Below are positions 60,058 through 64,000 of a stretch of 64,000 nucleotides of DNA, piece by piece. The translations under genes were made by a program, and so were the position numbers. The stretch lies in the NCBI GenBank assembly GCA_052327205.1, contig CM126204.1:130386001-130450000 (forward strand), given 5' to 3'. This DNA is from Somniosus microcephalus. Its lineage: Eukaryota. The number at the start of each line of letters is the position of its first letter. The first letter of the stretch is position 1. Below the pieces are notes generated by a model, which had not been told where the DNA came from, did no database searches, and saw only the letters and a program-made list of their open reading frames with translations.

Positions 60058-62555
60058 CTGCCCATCTCATTATTCTCTGTGATGCCATTTGAGGCACCGC
60101 TTTCATCTCATTCAGTAAGCTAATAAGAGGCTTGTGGTCAGTACTGATTACAAACTTCCTCCCATATATGTACTTATGGAATTTCTTTACTCCAAATATA
60201 ATGGCCAACCCCTCTTTATCAAGCTGTGAATAGTTCTTTTCCGCTGCTGTGAGCGTGCGTGAAACAAACCCGATGGGCCTTTCCGCTCCATCTGGCATGC
60301 GGTGGGCCAACACTGCCCCCACTCCATAGGGTGATGCATCGCAGGACATTATCAGCTCCTTCTTCTCGTCGTAATGCACTAACACCCTGCTGGACTGAAG
60401 TAGCTCCTTTGACTGCTGAAACGCTTTCGCTTGCTCTGGCCCCCAACGCCATGGCTCCTCCTTTCTCAGCAGTTTGTGCAGGGGTGCCAGCAGTGTCGAT
60501 AAGTTTGGAAGAAACCGGTTATAATAATTCAGGAGCCCTAGATAGGCTTTCAGTTCAGTCACTGAGGTGGGTGCCGGTGCATCCTGCACTGCCAACACTT
60601 TCCCTGGTAATGGATGGAGGCCTGTGGCATCCACCCGATGTCCCAGGAATGTAACTTCCTTCTCCATGAAACTACACTTACTCCGTTTCAGGCGTAGCCC
60701 CGCCTCTTCCAGCCGCTGTAGCACTTTGTCCAGTGTTTTTAAGTGATCCTGATCGTCACTTCCTGTTAGCAGAATATCATCTAAGTACACGGCCACCTTT
60801 GGAATGCCCTGCAGAATGCCCTCCATAGTCCGTTGGAATATTGCTGGGCTAGAACTGACACCAAATGGTAACCTGGCATACGTGAACAGCCCCTTGTGCG
60901 TGTTCACCGTGACAAACTTTTTGATTCTTCATCTAGCAATATCTGCTGATACGCATGACTCATGTCCAGTTTGCTGAATCTTTCTCGCCCAGCGAGCGAT
61001 GTTAACATGTCCTCCATTCTCGGAATGGGGTACTGTTCCAGTGATGATACTCTGTTCACTGTTAACTTATAGTCACCACACACCCTTATGTTACCGTCGG
61101 GCTTCAATACCGGGACTATTGGTGCCGCCCAGTCTGAAAATTTCACTGTTTCTATTACTTTGTCCTTTAGCAGGCGATCTAGTTCCACCTCAAACTTGGT
61201 TTTCATTGCAAAAGGTACCGACCTTGGTTTAAAGAAACGAGGCGTGGCATCACTGGCTACATGAATCTTGGCTGTGGCTCCCCTTAAGGTTCCCAGTTTG
61301 TCCTTGAACACTAACTCATGCTTCATCAGCACTTCTTGCAGTGCCTCTGTACTGTCCTCCATTTTATTCATTGCCTGCCAGTCCACACTCAACTCACTAA
61401 TCCACCCTCGCCCTAACAGGTTTGGCCCTGACCCTGCTACCACTACCACCGTAAGCTCTTTGGTGACTCCTTTGTGTTCCACTTGTACTTCGGCCACCCC
61501 CGAAATGTCCACCTTCTGTCCTGTGTAGGTTTTGAGACTAATGGGGCATGTGCCTAGCTCTGGTACTTTTACTTCCCCCCATAGCTTGGCGTGCTCAGTC
61601 TGCGACATTATGGTTACACTACATCCGGTGTCAATCTCAAACTTTACTTGACCTCCGTTCACTATCAAATACTGAGTGAGAGGGGGTACGTTGGGCCTTG
61701 AAGTGTCTATACTGTATATAGTGAAAACCTCCTCACTAGACTCACTAGACTCTTCCTCTTGTATGTAATTTGTCCGCTTTGTGTACTTCTCCCTCCCCCC
61801 TTTAACATGCTTTGCCCCTTTAGCACTGCTTCTCTCACTCACTGCCCTTTTACAGACTTTCTTTAAGTGCCCTATTTTTCCACAATTGTGGCACTTTGTC
61901 TTTGCAAACCTGCAGTCCTTTGCATAATGGCTCGTCCCGCCCCAACCCCGACTGGTGGACTTTTCACGCCAGCTTCCATCTTGAAAACAGCTCCTCCCAC
62001 TGGTTTACTCCATTTCTCCTTGCTCATACTGTTTAAGTCCTTAATGTCCTTGTTAGCCATCTCCATGGCTTGTGCTTTTTTAAGTGCCGTCTCAAACGCT
62101 AATCCTTCTTCTGACAGCAACCTTTGCTGTATACTGTCATCGTTAACTCCGCATACTAGTCTGTCCCTTAACATGACTGTGAGCGCATTTCCAAAATTAC
62201 AGTCCTGTGCGAGCTTCCGAAGCTCCTCCACATACTCAGTAACGCTTTCTCCCGGCCTCCTAATCCTCGAATTGAATTTCCATCTCTGTACTATTTCACT
62301 AGGTTTCGGATTGAAATGATTCTTTAGTAGACTCACCAACTCGTCAAAAGATTTTTCTCCTGGCCGCTCCGGGCTCAGCAGATTCCTCATCTGTGTATAG
62401 GTTTGCGCTCCCACACAACTCAGTAAAATGGCCCTTTTCTTTTCAGCACTGTCCACCTCGTTTGCCATAAAGAAATGGCCCAGTATTTCACAATACTCCT
62501 CCCAAGACTGCGACTTGCTGTCAAAAGGTGCCACGGAGCCTACCGTTCCTGCCAT
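60058..62555 (-). pseudogene. Gypsy C gag-protease-RT-RNase H (frameshifts at about 61940 and 60915)
   Basis: Gag (LRDRLVCG), CHNCGKIGHLKKVC, IDTGC, RVCGDYK, YLDD, CDASPYG. Confidence 0.93.
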
Positions 62556-63209
62556 CCTTGGAGTCCGGTCACTTCAGCCAAAAAATCAAACTCTGTTTCG
62601 ACTCCCACGGCCTAGCCTCGTGCTTTTCCGACTAGTTTGCTAACCAACCCGAGCACCTCTTCCGAATACTCCAAAGCTCTTCCGTCCTTTATTCTCGTCG
62701 CCATATGTGGTATCTTGAGGTGGCCATAGATGGAGACAGATACAGGTTAACTCCTTAACATGGTTTAATCAACACTTGCACATAAAAGCTTCTGCCATGA
62801 GGCAGCAAAAACAAAGAGTACCACCAGTACAGGTCAGACTTAACTCAGGAGAGCAATTGCCACAGCACCACCTGGTGGATCAGGTTACTCATAACCTCCC
62901 AGGTTACTACACCCTCCAAGTCACACACCATCCTGACTTGGAAATATATCGCCTATCCTTCATCGTCGCTGGATCAAAATCATGGAACTTCCTACCTAAC
63001 CACACTGTGGTAGTACCTTCAACACACGGACTGCAGCGGTTCAAGAAGGCAACTCACCACCATTTTCTCAAGGGCAATTAGGAATGGGCCATAAATGCTG
63101 GCCTTGCCAGCGATGCCCACATCCCATAAACGAATTAAAAAATAATCTTTCCCTCATATATTGTGAGTATATAAATTCTCATATATTGAAACCTGCAGAG
63201 AGATTTCAG

Positions 63210-63612
63210 TGTTCCTCGATTTTAAAATTCTCATCCTTGTTTTCAAATCCCTCCTTGACCTCGTCCCATCCTATCTCTGTAACCTCCTCCAGCCCTACAA
63301 CCCTCCGAGGTCTCTGCGTGCCTCAAATTCTGGCCTCTTGCGCCTCCCCGATTTTAGTCGCCACACCATTGGTGGCCGTGCCTTCAGTTGCCAAGGCCCT
63401 AAGCTCTGGAATTCCCTCCCTAAACCTCTCCATCTCTCTACCTCTCTCCACCTTTAAGACGCTCTTTAAAGCCTACCACTTTGACCAAGCCTGTCCTCAT
63501 ATCTCTTTATGTGTCTCGGTATCAAATTTTGTTTGATAACGCTCCAGTGAAGCACCTTAGGACATTTTACTGCGTTAAAGATGCTATATAAATGCAAGTT
63601 GTTATTGTTGTT
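63210..63612 (+). mobile_element. L2 3' end
   Basis: FKILILVFKSL..YL.NLLQPY..R.LR..IGGRAFS.QGPKLWNSLP plus tail. Confidence 0.85.
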
Positions 63613-64000
63613 CAAAGAGTCATTTCACAAATCAGCTCTGGAAACTCGGTGGCGTAATGCATTTTGCAAATACTTCCCTTCACAGCACTAGTCCCTGAGC
63701 CTTTCAAAGAGTAAGTTTACCGTTATTTTTGGACATGTGTCTTGGAAGTCTAAGTACATACATGAGAATATCATGACATTTACATTTTTAGTTTAAAGTC
63801 TAGGTTTTGTTTTTATTAAGTTTGATTAATGGTTCCATGACCTTGATTAGCAGGTTGCATAACTTTTCTGATGAAAGATCATCGAGCTGAAATGTTGGGG
63901 ACGATATTAACCTTATTCACTCAGCAGAAACCTGGTGGGTGGGCAGTTAAAATCGCCCTGGCTCCTACCTGTCTGAAAGCCGCCATGATCGCAACATCTG

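Larger units (their letters stand above)
53846..62911 (-). mobile_element. Full-length Gypsy LTR retrotransposon C (Mag-like), host of nested element D
   Basis: 206-bp LTRs at 53846-54051 and 62706-62911 (2 mismatches); TSD ccctc; minus-strand PBS tggcgacgag (62703-62694); PPT aaggggggaagag. Confidence 0.97.
53620..63145 (+). mobile_element. LINE 3' end (CR1 group, clade unresolved) split by Gypsy C: 53620-53845 plus 62912-63145
   Basis: IQDKAARLIG..SLHHQR..IYKM...HHHLQVPL|QVTHHPDLEIYRLSFIVAGSKSWNFLP..QRFKK..LKGN* reads continuously across the insertion. Confidence 0.8.

Noticed and set aside
28608-62911. Uni-strand piRNA-cluster-like TE orientation bias
   Set aside because: Elements lie on both strands (A and B on +; C and D on -; LINEs mixed).

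Overview
Eukaryotic DNA, almost certainly vertebrate and probably a cartilaginous fish (inferred from its repeat content: CR1 LINE tails, DeuSINE-type tRNA SINEs, Penelope-like termini). The window is almost entirely transposable elements, and I found no host protein-coding exon I can support. It holds four full-length Gypsy LTR retrotransposons with LTRs, PPTs and 5-bp TSDs: 28608-33792 (+), 38035-43005 (+, inside an RTE LINE), 53846-62911 (-, inside another LINE) and 55655-60057 (-, nested in the previous one). It also holds a near-intact two-gene PIF/Harbinger transposon (45738-50027) with a deletion derivative, MITEs and decayed relatives; a non-autonomous Helitron nested in a solo LTR nested in an old Harbinger transposase; and many CR1, L2, RTE, SINE and Penelope fragments. 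Best candidate for something new: the nested Gypsy has no tRNA primer-binding site. Instead, 13 nt at the PBS position are perfectly complementary to its own LTR poly(A)-signal region, in the geometry expected for self-priming, and its RT has Asn at two catalytic Asp positions. Second candidate: the Helitron carries a CpG-rich promoter/exon/intron cassette with RFX palindromes. All mismatch counts are by eye; boundaries of degraded repeats are approximate.
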